DNA of 60,578 bases from Tubiluchus corallicola (Eukaryota > Animalia > Priapulida): NCBI GenBank assembly GCA_030141605.1, contig JAQGDQ010001129.1, positions 1-60,578 of the forward strand, read 5' to 3'. This document shows, piece by piece, positions 1 to 13,866 of the stretch. The number at the start of each line of letters is the position of its first letter. The stretch's first letter is position 1. The position numbers were made by a program, and so were the translations under genes. The notes under the pieces were generated by a model, which saw nothing but the letters and a program-made list of their open reading frames with translations, was not told where the DNA came from and did not search any database.

Positions 1-339
1 GACGCAAAACCACATCTGTTCTTTGCTACTAGCTGATCGGATATTGTTTGTTATTAAATCTGGCTGTTCGTGTTCGTGCTGTTACCGATATAGACAATTA
101 CGTTGCGCATTTGTGACTACGCTTTAAGCCTCGGAGCGTTAAATCCACAAAAACTGTTAGTAAAGGTTAGTAATTTCAGGCAAAATCTATGACCTATGAA
201 ATCCGAGTCGTCACTCTTGAACTATGCAGTTGGTTTGTTTATTGCAGGTTTTTTGAAAAAGCGCTTTAAACTGATGAAATTTTGATGCGCGATTAAACAG
301 AAGCTTCGTGCTTTAGTTCACGTGTACAAGTCAATAAAA

Positions 340-600
340 AGCAACAATATCAACAACGAAAACGACAACAGTCGGAACAGCAACAACAAAACAACAACAA
401 CAACAACAACAGAGCAGTAGCAGCGGCAGCAGTAACAACAGTAACGTAGGCAGTGGTAGTGGCGGCGATGACGACAACAACAACAGCGATGATGGCAATG
501 GCGTCGACGACGACAACAAGAGCAACAACAAGAGCAACAGCAGCAACAACAACGACGCTGTCAACGATAATAGCAATGACATTAATGTCAATGACGTCAG
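340..600. repeat. Degenerate (CAA/CAG/GAC)n trinucleotide tract
   Basis: Direct inspection. Confidence 0.9.
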
Positions 601-830
601 TGACTGTCTACGTGAAAACACTTCTGTCCTAACCACGTCAAAAACTCCGAAGATCAAAAATGCGCAAAGTCTATTAACTAATCCCAACAATTTTGGCACT
701 GAAGTTGTTTTCAGGCTAACATGTTCATTAGGAAAACACTTGCCTTATCAAGCAAAGTCTTATCAAACTGATCGAAATTTAAATTGTTACATTCATGCCT
801 AAACAGTAAATTATTCAGTGTTATTGAGTA

Positions 831-1223
831 GATCCAAGTTTACCTGTTTAAACAGAAATGAAGCGCTTTCAAAATCCACAATTACATAAGGAAAGAATTA
901 ACGAAGGCGGCTAGATTCATTGGTAGAAAAACATGCCCTGTTGCACAAGAGAAGTTTTGTTGGGCATAATAAATCACGTTAAGCCAAAACTAAATTATTT
1001 AATATCAGCTTGGCTTTAGCACTGTTATAGGAGTCAGAAAGAAGCATTAAGCTTCAAATAACAAGGCCCAAAACACTGCATTTGCTAAGCGTGGCGAAAT
1101 AAAACGACATAGATGTGTTCTTTTAATTTCCCTCTTTTGGTGACCAAGGAGCCTTCCTAATACAACGTTAAATTCATGTGGTTTTGGCGCTTCATTTCTG
1201 TTTAAACAGGTAAACAACGGATC
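831..1223. mobile_element. MITE-like element (~390 bp)
   Basis: Perfect 29-bp inverted repeat GTTTACCTGTTTAAACAGAAATGAAGCGC (838-866 / 1187-1215), extendable outward to GATCC / GGATC. No clear TSD. Confidence 0.7.
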
Positions 1224-2997
1224 ATCGGCGCTTTTTCGACTCTCCGACTCCATTTGTCGTTTTGCGAAAATGTGAAACCTAACTAGCTGTTAATAAATTA
1301 AATATTTACGGGATCGTTATGATGATTAAATGTTTTAGATGTCATTAGCTATATGAACAGTGCACTACTATTTATGTGGCCGTCATATAACTACATTGTC
1401 TTTCTACTTTCTGTTGTTTGTTACAAAATGTGTATTCCGACGAAATAAATATAAAGCAAACACTACTAACGACATTTACACTCGGCATATCATCAGTGTT
1501 ATTCGTAAAAAATGAAATCATCTGATTTAATCTCTACCATTTTCATTTTTATCAGCAAAAATTTTTGCTGTAATTATATTAGTTGGAAAACTGACAATAC
1601 TCAACCTGTGGAGAGAGTGTTTTTCAAAACCAAACTAATTCTTGCTTCTTCTTGTATTTTATTCTAACTTTTTCTACAAAACCAACTTGAACACTAAAAT
1701 TATAGGTTATACTTACTTAACTGTACCTATATGGTGTATTTTCTTTGGCTTTTAAGCTCCGTGAAACACTAGATGGAAATGGGATGGAAGATTTTCTTCG
1801 AAATTGCTCCAAAGCATTCATTAATATTGAGATATCATATTTTCCAATGAATCCCTGTTCGTCATAAGGTTTAAAAGTTTAAAACCCATCCCCTTCATGA
1901 AAGATGGAATTTATTTATTCATCTATATGTCTTTCTGTCTACACAAATACCTGCAAAGTTCATTTGCCATTCCGTCTCAAATGTTTTAATAGACTTATGA
2001 CGTTGCATTGATTTCTGCCGATTAAACAGTAAGCATTTATTCATTCGTTCATTTACTGGTGCCATAAGGCAATCACCATAAAACAAACATGCCTAACACA
2101 GATACAATGTCAGTATAAAATCATAAAAAGTCATAAAATCACCAAGAAAGGTGTTTAAAGCGCAAAGGTGTCATCCCGTTATGGTTTTACTCAAAGAATT
2201 TCTCTTCTGTACTTTTACACAATGACATGTAAATTGAATTAACTGTGAGTGTGAGGCGGTTACACACATGCCTTGTAAATTTATAAAATCTTAACAGACT
2301 TCGTAACTGCGTATCAGTAATTCAATTTTGGCCAGCAGAAGATGTAGTGCGATGACATTTTGAATCATTTGTTACAAAAAATGGAAACATAAGAACGATA
2401 ATTGTAAAATATTTCATTGTAATGAAGCGTGAATATATTAAAATTTAGTATATTCTTAGAAATAACACTACAGTTTAATGAAGTCAAACGCGTTTCATCA
2501 TTTAATTTAACATCATCATCAGTGTCATCTTGGAATATTGTCTGTACCAAAAGTATATTAAAAAAATTGTAAGCAAAATTTATAACGACAATATGGTGTT
2601 TGTGGGCTTCACCAAAGCAAGCTAAGACACAAATTTCAGACATGGTGCTGACAAGCTACTGACCTAGGAAACATAGAACTTGCTAGACTATTTACTTATT
2701 TTGAATGCAGATTGTTATATTAGAATTCTGTCTGGTTAATGTTTGTAAACGTAACGATTATTCAAAGCAACAGTCATGCAGTTTCTAACTATAGCAATGG
2801 GAAGACGTGTATAAAATCGCAAGGAGGCACTTGAAACATAGTAAGACTAAATGCTAAGGTATTCACGAAGACCATCAGGAGATGTGAAGTCATCAGGAGA
2901 CTCGCGCAACCATGAATGTATCGACAGATAAGTGAAGCCGTAGAAAAATGTGTTAAACCGTTAACAAAACACGAGCGATTTCAAATCTGTTCAATGA

Positions 2998-3228
2998 GGA
3001 CACGCTGTAGTACGGCGCTAGATTATAGATTCAAGAGCTCTGGTTCGAATCCCACTCATATTGGGAATTCTTGGGTCGTGTTTCGTTAAAACAAAACGTT
3101 TTGGCCGCCGTCCCAACTACGTAGCTTAAAATGCCTAGTCATATAGTGGGAGCCGAAGTTATGAAAATAAATACAGTACTACCGTCTAACCCTATGTTCC
3201 GTCACGCCAATGATATGGGTACATTCTT
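2998..3228 (+). mobile_element. tRNA-derived SINE-like element
   Basis: Pol III B box GGTTCGAATCC at 3042-3052 in a tRNA-like context; the body runs into a simple-repeat tail. No intact cloverleaf. Confidence 0.45.
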
Positions 3229-3362
<134 letters not shown>

Positions 3363-5989
3363 ACTAATATACATTATACAATTTGATATTATTAATTATT
3401 ATTAGAAAATTTATTATCCTCTTCATCTGTTTTTATGATAATGGAAATCACTGTATACCCAATGTCGCTGGTTTTTTACCTCGTGAAAATAACAGAAATT
3501 GTAAATGCTCCTAAAACATGTCTTACTAGACTTTAGCAACATGGTCTAGATTAAGTTTATAAATAGCATAATGTTAAGCTCATAAAGAAAAATGCAGTAC
3601 TTGATTATTTTTTGTAATAATTCATTAGCTTTTTTTGAACACTAGAATGTTCACATTATATTTGAAAATATTTGAAACCAAGAAAGATTGATAAATTGGT
3701 TATACTGCAATTTAAATAACAGCATCCGGACAAGAATTTTCGTTGAGGTTTGCAGCAAGAGGCGGGAGGTTCTGCCATATATTTTTCTTACATCTTTTAC
3801 AAATGCAGCCGGTTTTATACTAAAATATTGCGAACATTTCAGCAAGGCGCTTAAACACCATGGGTATTTAAGAAGCATGCCAGCATTTCAGTAAGACACT
3901 ACCTTAATACACACAACGCAATAACAATTATAAAAACAATAGGCAATTCGTTCATAAAGTGAAATTCGAAGTAGTTAATGAAAGCAAAGAGTTAGCTGCA
4001 AGCTTTAGATTTGTATTCAAATCATTGTAAAACAAAAAATGAGAAACAGAGTATATTGTTTGAAATCCACTGTTTCTGAATTTTTGCCCTGCGATGTATA
4101 TTAGAACATCAGAAGTTTTCAGGTAAAATTTTTGCCGTTGGTAGTGAATTTTAGTTTTTTAGTGACTTGTGGATGCATACGGGATGCCTTTTATACTGTT
4201 AATATGCATTATATCTCTTCAAATGTTGTTTACCAAAAACCGCTAATATCATTTATATGTCATTGTAGGATACGCAGAGCAAATTAAATAATTAGACTGT
4301 TCAAACTTGGAAAATGGGAGTGCGACTTCAATATGGCTCAGCACTTTTTAGCTTTTTCACGTGTTTTTCGTTAAACTTCTAATGAAAACGTCACCCCTTC
4401 TACAAATAAACTTCACACGTGATTAACGCGCAACTTGTTTTCTTTATGAAATGCCGCAGAAAAGCTGACATGAAAATATCTCTATTTGCCTCACTATTTA
4501 TTTAAATTTATAGGTTTATTTGCATTCTGTCCGATGAGTTATTGCGCTTTCCACGGCAAAATTATTGCTCGGCTTTTGTCTAAAAGAGAATATTTATTCG
4601 GTGGCATGTAATTTTCGTCACAGGTTCTAGCGGCAATGCATCACACAGCATATAATATGAAAATAAGTAGTGTGATAATGTGACAGTGTTTTATTTTAAA
4701 CATAGTAATGGACAAATATTATTTTATGGTTCTACTCAGACAGCAAAGAGTAGTAACAGAATAGAGCACACTAGATTTTTTACTTGAACAAATAAAAAAA
4801 TGACATTATTTCTATTATGATTCAAGTGAGACATGCCTTTAGCTATACTAAATAAAACGCAATTACGTGGGGGTGGGGGGTGGGGTGTTGAAGAGGTATT
4901 TGAACTCACCTGTTTGCTAGTTCGGAGTTATCAGGTACAAGAAATATTTGGATTCGACAAGAACGCATTTACCGCTATTACTCTCGGATTTAAAGCATTC
5001 TTAAATTTGTTCGTAGCTTTACGCGGATTAGACTTATCAATTAGATGGAGTCTGATTGTTGTAAGTTGTGCGCGGTTTATATCAAATTAAACGTGAAATA
5101 GCTGGTGTTTTCGTTGGAGAAAGAGATTGTGTAAGGAGCGCGTGCTGAATCAAACGCAACAGATTAGAATTAAACCTTTCGAATAAATGGCGCGTTCGAA
5201 CGTATTGAGTTCTCTCGCAACAATTACAACTATACAAATACATCCATGATAGTACCACAATTTTTTCTGCAACGCCGTGACGAATTACCTAGTGTACACC
5301 ATTCACAGGAATAAAAATGTAAATGGCCAATAAAATCGGTGTTTAAACATTAAAAAACACGCTGTACAGCAATGAAAAACGTGTAAACAATATAACATGA
5401 GCCTTGAAAAACACAAACACTCCAACAGGTAAATGATACCTAATTGGCAAAGCAGCTAAAATCATTCAGACTGAGATTAAAATTAGTTTAAATGAAATCA
5501 CAGTAAGAACTTATTATGAATTACTGTGCTTATTATTAATAAAGTGTTGAACAGAAACATTTGCGAAATTTCTTTGCAGAATAATTGCCTTGAGGTCAAT
5601 GGTCTTCGGGATGTCATTTTCCATACACATGAATGAAAGCCAGCTCAGACGCTGAGGCCTCATTGTGCTACGATGTTGATTTTTTATAAGTTTCAGTCTT
5701 GAAAATGAACTCTTGCACAGTAGTTCTGTAAAATTACTTAGTTACACGTACCGGGTAAAACTGTAAGAAGTTTAGCTTGTTTCCTAGGTTCATTGAATCA
5801 TTATTACAGTGCATGTGATTGATCACTACGATTTTTTATTTGATTTAATTTTTGTGTCCTAATAGGTTAAATCAGATGTGCTTGACATACTACTTTAAGA
5901 GGTGTTGAAAATTGGCCAGCAAAACAGCTAAGACTAGAATCAAAATAGTGCCGCTCCATGCACGCTCTTTACAACTGATAATGTAGTAA

Positions 5990-6200
5990 ACGCCCAATAA
6001 TGTAATATTGGAAAAAAATCAACGCATATTGTAATAACTAACCGATAATGCATAATATAAGCCCCAGAATGTAATAATGTATAATGTACGGTAATAAAAC
6101 GGTAATAACACGAAATTTAACGCACATTGTAACGCCACAGAAACGCATAATGCAATACACAAAAATTCTAACCGATAATATAATAACATAATGTAATAAG
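5990..6200 (+). repeat. Dispersed repeat with ACGCATAATGTAATA sub-units; second copy 9472-9695, inverted piece 7262-7303
   Basis: The two copies share TTTAACGCAxATTGTAAC...AAACGCATAATG...AAAATTCTAACCG. Confidence 0.7.
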
Positions 6201-7488
6201 TTGCTGAATTAATGATACGTGATTCAAGTGATGCAGTGCTGTGGGAAGGGCGCGTTTGCTTACCCTGGAAGGGGTTGGTGTTCACACCACACCTAGTGCT
6301 TATGCACCAGTTGCTGTCTAGCGACTATAGGCAGCAGTTCCTTTATAAAATATACAAGATTTTATAAAGCACACATCTAGCAGGCTTGAAGCACTTACGC
6401 TGATTCTTTAATGACATTACTAAAGCACTTATGCAATAATATATAGATAGCACTGCTAGACTGGAGTGGTTGTGAATTTAACTGCAATCACATCTTTGTA
6501 CTGTTGCGATAATGAATATCGGTGAATTCTTACTCGCAAATTTTTTGAATCGCGCTATAAACTTTGCCGATTTTAAAGGTTCGATTTCGAAACTCAAAAT
6601 TTTTTGATTCGCAAGAACCGTAAGTTTGGAAACATATCTCCTCCTTTGAACCGTACTCAGACACGTGATCAACAAATAGTCTTTATCAGTTTCTGTATTT
6701 GGTCCAGCCGGCTGTGAGATTATTAGTAGTAAGGAGTTGGCGCTTCTTTTAACTTGAAACTTGATTGAAATTTCAAAAAGTGGATTCGTCTTCTATCGTA
6801 CTGTCAGAGTGGGGTTTTATTTTCGCTGCTGCTAAATAACGACATCTTATTCGCAGTCAGTGATGTCCGCCGTTATTTACATAGGCATATTTTTGGTATG
6901 TTTGTCTTTGCCTTTGCTTTATGTTTTTTCCTATCAAAAAGTCAGACTAACATGTCCAGAATTGGTCCACTTTGACGGAGGTCTGCATTCTTGCTCAGTG
7001 CATTGTAATTTTACATATGAGAAATTTTTTCCTGCTTTTTATTCCTGCCCATTTTTCCTGTGCCATTTTACTATTTCGTTATTAAGTGTGACATTTTTAC
7101 CTAGATTCGCCTTGATTCATTAGGCTGATATGCACTGTAGAGTTGGGAAGTGATGACAATGAGTCGAAAGGCACTACCTTCATATTAAAAAAATCAAAGT
7201 TATATTACTATATATAATAAAATATTATATTCTTATAGTTCTTCTACCCTAATTCTGCGAGATTTTACATTATCGGTTAGCATTTTTATTATTACATTAG
7301 CGTTTAAGTTTTCCTTGTCGTTACGTGATGACGTATTAGTGACAGTTAAACAATTGTCTCTAGGAAGCCATGTGTGGTAACAACCACCATGCACGGTGAT
7401 GTTAATTTATCTTTACAGATCAAAATTATAATTTAGACCTGTGAAACAATGCCCATTCTGGCCGGCGGGAAACCTCCAAGTACATTGG

Positions 7489-8663
7489 ATGTCAGCCTAT
7501 CCTACTAGAAGTTTACCAGCTATAGAAAGACTTAGGCGAAAGGAATCGAGATCTGCTTCACTTCCAACTGAATCAACTGCAGGAACATCGAGTTTACTAA
7601 ATGAACAAAAACGACGCATTAGTGTTATAGAATCTGATGGTTTTTCTCTAGGAAGGATTATTGGACACGGATCGTATGCGGTAGTAAAAGAAGCATATTC
7701 TTCAAGACACAAAGGACGAGTGGCGATCAAAATTATAAGCAAAAGAAAGGCGCCAAGTGTCTTTATCGAGAAATTTCTCCCGCGTGAGTTACTAGCTGCA
7801 AGAGAATTAAATCATCCAAATGTGGTAAAATGTTTATTTACTTTAGAAACCACACACAAAGTTTATTTGGTAATGGAAATCTGCGACAACGGCGATCTGC
7901 TCGAGATTATAAAAATGCAAAAATACATCAATGAGGAACAGGCGGGAGAATGGTTTCGGCAACTCTTCGAAGGAGTATCATATATCCATAGTAGACGAAT
8001 AGCTCACAGGGATCTCAAGTGTGAAAATTTGCTTTTATGCAAGCATAACCATTTGAAGATTGCGGATTTTGGCTTCAGTCGTCCTGTAATAATATTAAAT
8101 ACTGAGAGTAGGTCGATGAGCGAGACATATTGTGGCAGCTTCGCTTATGCTTCTCCAGAAATAATATCTAACGTTCCTTATGATCCACAGAAAGCTGATA
8201 TATGGAGCATGGGTGTTGTGCTTTACACCATGGTTTTTGGTGTAATGCCGTTTGACGATTCAAATCCTGTAACTTTAAAAAAGCAAGTTTCAAGTAAGGT
8301 AATAGATAATTACAATCATATAGCCATCACTACAACCTATTATGTGTATTTTACATTTTCGTTAGTATGTAAAGCTTTCATATTTTAATAAGCGTGTCGT
8401 TTTTAGAGTGAGCTCATCAGGATGCTGTTTCTGTGTCTTTATTGCAGGTAGACTATCCTTTAATACCAGAAGTCAGTAACGCGTGTCGAAGTCTTATCAC
8501 AGATATATTTACACCTGTGATGGCCAGACCCTCGCTGAATGACATGAAGCGTTATGCTTGGTTTGAAAGCAGATGTATTTTATCAGTTAAATCGTGCAGC
8601 GGTGACAATCCAAGTTATCCAACGTCTATATCAAACAGAAGAAGGCTACTTCTTGATATCTAA
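7489..8663 (+). CDS. TSSK4: Testis-specific serine/threonine kinase, TSSK4-like; exons 7489-8298 and 8448-8663 (~341 aa)
   Basis: Complete kinase motifs: GHGSYAVV, VAIK, KFLPRE (TSSK hallmark), HRDLKCEN, DFG, SETYCGSFAYASPE, DIWSMGV. Phase-0 intron AAG|GTAATA (8299) to TTGCAG|GTA (8447) joins the two ORF-track pieces and supplies subdomain XI (ARPSLNDMKRYAWF). The start codon is uncertain; 7489 is the first in-frame ATG after a TAA at 7429. Confidence 0.88.
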
Positions 8664-11600
8664 CTTGTGTTACTTGTTATACCTTTAACATTTCTTGCAA
8701 AGCTTATTTTTGGAAATCCAATGAAATTCTTTGCAACAAGATGCGTAGTGAAAATGCAATTTTGCTCTACTTGATGTCTGTTGCAATACTGAACACTATC
8801 ATTACATATTCAAAGAACACACATGAATGTAGTGAAGATAATGAAAGTTAGGGAAGGTAATGAGTTTACTAATATATAACTGAAGTAATTATTGACGATA
8901 GTAAAGTAGTAAACAAGTGTAAAAAATGAAACAGATTTGAACATCGTGTAGTTCAATGGGTAACGTACTTTGAATTCCGCCCAGAAGGCAGAGGCTCAAG
9001 TATCTTGTTCATTTTTTAAATCTTGTAACTCAATGTTCCTGATCACTACAAATTCATGCACAGTTGAGATTAATTTTAGTTACCGTTGTTACTAGTTTAT
9101 TCTATAGCCAAAAATAAAAATGTAAAACCTGAATTAAATTAATGTCCACTGTTACTATGCCACTAGTCCGGTGTGCTATATTTCTGCGCGTCACTACCAA
9201 AGCGCGTAGCTGGTATGCTGCAAAAAACATAGTTTCGTTAAACATATAAGATTAAGTTAACATGTATACTCACGTTTATTCTGCTGGATCTTTTTGCAAC
9301 GTATGAAAGTTTTGACTATTTGACTGCAGCTGTACTGACGGGATTTTCTGTAAAAGATAATTTCGATTAATATAGATCAGTCACGACTAATTATCAATAC
9401 AGTTTGTTTCGACTAATGGATTAACCAGTACTGACAATTTTGTAGAGGCCGTGTTACAACTGCTAATCTAATAAACACCCGATATTGTAATACTAAAAAA
9501 TTAATGTAGTTTGTAATAAAAAACAACGCATAATGTAATAAATAACTGATTATGTAATAAAATTAACTAATAATCAAATTAAAAAAACTAAAGCATAATG
9601 TGAGACCCAAGTTATAATGAAATAACATGAAGTTTAACGCATATTGTAACAGCACAAAACGCATAATGTAATAACAAAATTCTAACCGCTAATGTTAGCG
9701 TCTGCAAAATAGCTAAGCAAAATAACAAGCAAAATTAATGTTATCTCGTACAATTTTCTTATGTAAAGTAACTCCAAGGCATCGTAACAGCCTTCAACGC
9801 ATTATCATCAGCCCAATGAGTCCAATGACAGTTTCAATTGGCATATTAACCATTAGGCTAACTAGTCTGTAACCTATAGCCTGAGACGCTAAAATTTTTA
9901 GGAGCGATAGATTTTTAGGAGCCCAATGACCAGTGTTAAAAAATTTGTATTCTTATACGTAGTTCCCCCCGGAAACGCCTATCCTTGCATATTTCATTTA
10001 AAGTGCCTAATCTACTTCATTAGTTTCAGCATATAGGCCTACACAGACTATTATAGCCACATTTATTGTTCGTCTAAACTAAATAATCCCGGTTCAGTCT
10101 TTGTTAAGAATATCGAAAAGGTATAGCGCCCTGCTTAATAGAGAAGTTAACGTTAGAACGACTATTGGGTCATTTGGCCTAAATTATACTTACTTAAGTG
10201 TGAGCTGTTAATCTTACATTTAAAACGTGTAAGTCTGATCCTTTTCACTACATTTTTAACAACTTCATGACAGTGCCATGTTTAAGTACACAAATGCTTT
10301 CAGTTTTTTTATAAATCACAAATGTACGCCAATACCTGTTGTATTAACTAACTCGTTCTACCATAAATAAACATCTAAGATATCGCACGTATAAATTACG
10401 AATACTTACACTGACTATAAACTTTTGCTTTCAGCAAATCCTTTTTGCTGTTAGGTATCCAAACGTTTATAAGATCCAATAGATGAGAATACGCGCTGAG
10501 TCCTCTAATACTGTGTCTGAAAATATTTGAAGTGTAATTTGCGTCTTGAAGTGTAATCTGCTAATTAAGTTCTTTTTTGACTTTAGGTCAGGTTGTAAGA
10601 GCTAATTTTTCTTTTTCTTGGAAATAGCCATAAACTTCGGAGATGTAGTTGTAGACGCAATCAAGTTAAGAATAGATCAGCAATTGCACAACTTACATCA
10701 ATATAACCATTATGCAGACGCATGACAATTACCAGCTAGGTATTAGCATGAAGTTAACACTAACAATGGGAATCCCTGTTCAGAAAATTATTTCCACTTT
10801 TTCACATTACTTGCATTCTTTGCAACAAACTAATTAATATCTTTATTTATCCATAAGCTTTAAGAAAAACAAAAATTTTGTATGTAAATAACAGATGAAA
10901 GCTAATAGTAAGTAAGTGTGTGAAACAAAATAATAACATCATTTTTAAGTGTACTAGCACATGAATAGCACTAAAGCGTCATCAAAATTTTAACTCCAGA
11001 TTATAGATTACGTAATGTCACCATCGTAAGCTACATTTAGGTATTTAGGTACGGTTTCAAGCATTTATTAATTGACGCCCAGTCATCCATTGACAGTCTA
11101 ATGTTAATGATTGAGATTAGTGGGTTTTAATCCCGTTTTATGATTTTCTGCACGTCATCAAAATTTTAGCTCCAATTTGTACATTATGTTGTATCTCTAT
11201 CAAGCGCTTATCGAGTTGAGATTAATAGGTTTTACAACTTCGTACGCTTATATTTTTCAACTCTTTTTAGACATTTATTTCACTGTATTTCTGTTGCTCT
11301 TTTCATAAGTCTGCTATCTGTTGCATGTACCTACAATCAGTGTCTTTTTGTTATATTGTCTTTGCATGAAATTGACTACATATGTACGAAATAAATGGCA
11401 TATTAATAATCACTTCAGAACTTGAAGTGGCAAGTTTTTATCAGAAACTTGTAACGCATCACTTCTACATTGCTGTTGAAGACACAATGGCTATTGTACA
11501 TAAACTGAAAAGTTACGAATGGGTTTAATGCAAAGCATTTTGTGTGCGCAGCAAACGTCGTCTCCGGTTAATTGCGTGACAAGTCACCAACATTTACCTG

Positions 11601-11849
11601 AAATTGTGTCTGATTCTGTACTTGTCCGATAAATATGACACAGGTAAAAATGACACAGAAAAAATGGCACGAATAAAAAGAAGGATTTAAAAAAAATTCT
11701 CGTATGTATAATTAAAAGGCACTTCCGCCAAAGTAAGTCTAAGCAAAATGATATAATTTCAATAATTATCCTCCAATTGCTACTGCAAGTATGGCTAGCA
11801 AAGCATTAAAACAAGCATTAACTGCTAGATGTGTTAAGCTCTTTTGCAC

Positions 11850-12500
11850 AACCGATGCGCAATTTGGTTTCAGAAACTGGTAGTATTTACCTTTAAAGAA
11901 ATTGTGAACTTTCAGGATAGCCACACAATAGTATTTTAGATGATCACAAGTAATTTGAAAAAAATGATTATTAGTCGCTGTTTGAAAAGTTACAAAGGAG
12001 GTTTTTCCAGCAAAATAAACTTGTTAACCACTTGGTATGACAAACAACTCCAATGCGTGAAATGGGACAATGCCTACTCGAATAATTTTTATACATTCGT
12101 CTTTATTATTCAATGTTTACATTCATGAGCTGTCTGTAAAACTGAATAGTATGACGGCTGTCATTTTGCAGGTAATATCATTAATCACATAGTTCATGCT
12201 GATGACATTGTTTTATTTGTAACATCTGTTCCTGTGCTATAGGATATTCTGAACACATGCGCTAGCTTTGGTGATCTTCAATGAACTGATTTTAATTTGA
12301 CAAAAAGCAAATGTTTAAATTTCTTACCCTCGCGTTGTGTCTGGTAAAATACTGCCTCATAAAACTGCAATACCTGTGAGTATTCACGAGAAATATCTTT
12401 GCCATATAATTTGCACTAATCTAAACCATAACTGCGACATTCAATTACAGAGTAGTCTTTTTATATGAATTAACTCTTTAATAAGAGCACTTAATTTTCT
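11850..12500 (+). mobile_element. Decayed LINE RT fragment
   Basis: QFGFR (~11861), CVKWDNAYSNNF and NHIVHADDIVLF (degenerate YADD, ~12183-12218) in broken frames. Confidence 0.6.
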
Positions 12501-13744
12501 ATGTCTTCAGAACATGTTAAATTCATGTGAAAGAAGTACCACACAAATAAAATTTCGGGTTCGTATTAATACTTAGACGGGTACTAGCGGCAGCATTTCA
12601 GAAACGCATTGCACAAAAAACAGGCGCTGTACCTTTCAGTTCACATGTGTTAGCTTCTAATAAACTACACACGTTCGACAGCTCATGCGTGAGTACAGTC
12701 GCAAATTTCGAATTTTATCTTAAGACTTGCCTAGTTTTAGTACAACGCACAAAATATTATTCAGTAGCACTGTACTTCAATTTTCCTTTTCGCAAACACG
12801 TGCAACAGTTCATGGAATATCTCTGCTGCTGACCGGATACTTTTTATCGGATTTGAAAATAGGGTAGTACATGAAAAATCATCCTGTCTTCCTTTAAATA
12901 CGATTGCAATACTTCTAGCAATGTGTGTAAAAACCTTGGGTGGACTCGTTTCCCAGAAAAACTTTTTCCCAGAAATCTTTTCCTGAAATTTTTTCCAGGA
13001 ACCGTCATTTCACAAAAAATAAAATTCAAAGAAGCTGTAATAACTGTAATAAATCCGTTTTAGAGCGCAGTTAGCTGATGAGAAATAAAAAGTAGTTTAT
13101 CTCAACTACGTGTAATGATTAATACCGATTACGTTATAAAAAAAATTGGTCAACTCATGAAGGCAAGAAAGTAGATGCAACATCAGAACAATTTGGTGGT
13201 GAATCATGTTGATCTTTGCATCCACGCAATACTGAGTAATCACGGCGTGTGATTCGCTACCGTAGAGAAGTAATGTCGAGGCTGGCAACTGATTAGATGG
13301 GTTCTTGCTTTCACTGCTATGCAAAATTCTTTCACTCATTTAGGTAGGATATTTTATACATGCATCTGATTGTGACTGTGAAACCTCTGCCTGTTCAATA
13401 TTTCATATCAGAGGATTATTTTAAAAATGAACTAGGACCAGGTCCTGCCATAACTAACCTGTAAAAATCTTGTAAGGGAGCATAATTTATTGGGCAAATT
13501 TGGACTCCAACATAAGGCTCAGGATGGTTTCATTTTCTAGATTGTTTATTAAACATTATTCAAAATCCTTTGAAAATCAGTTAAATTTGAGGTGATTATA
13601 TGGCAGATGATACAATGCAAATTGATTCTAATTTAATGCTAAAATGAATTGCAATGCGAGGGAAAATATCAGCACGAGTTAAGCGCGCTAAAATACGTCA
13701 TTTTCAATGATTGTGATAGTTAAAGCGCTATAAATAATTTAGAA

Positions 13745-13866
<122 letters not shown>

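Noticed and set aside
331-699. 122-aa Leu/Ser/Cys-rich ORF
   Set aside because: Translation of a trinucleotide tract with no domain features.
8945-9005. tRNA-like sequence
   Set aside because: Degenerate A and B boxes and no cloverleaf; at most a SINE remnant.
6998-11725. TSSK gene captured between inverted repeats as a composite transposon
   Set aside because: The two AAAAATGGCAC-family pieces face outward relative to the paired arrangement at 52684-53725, and no TSD is seen.
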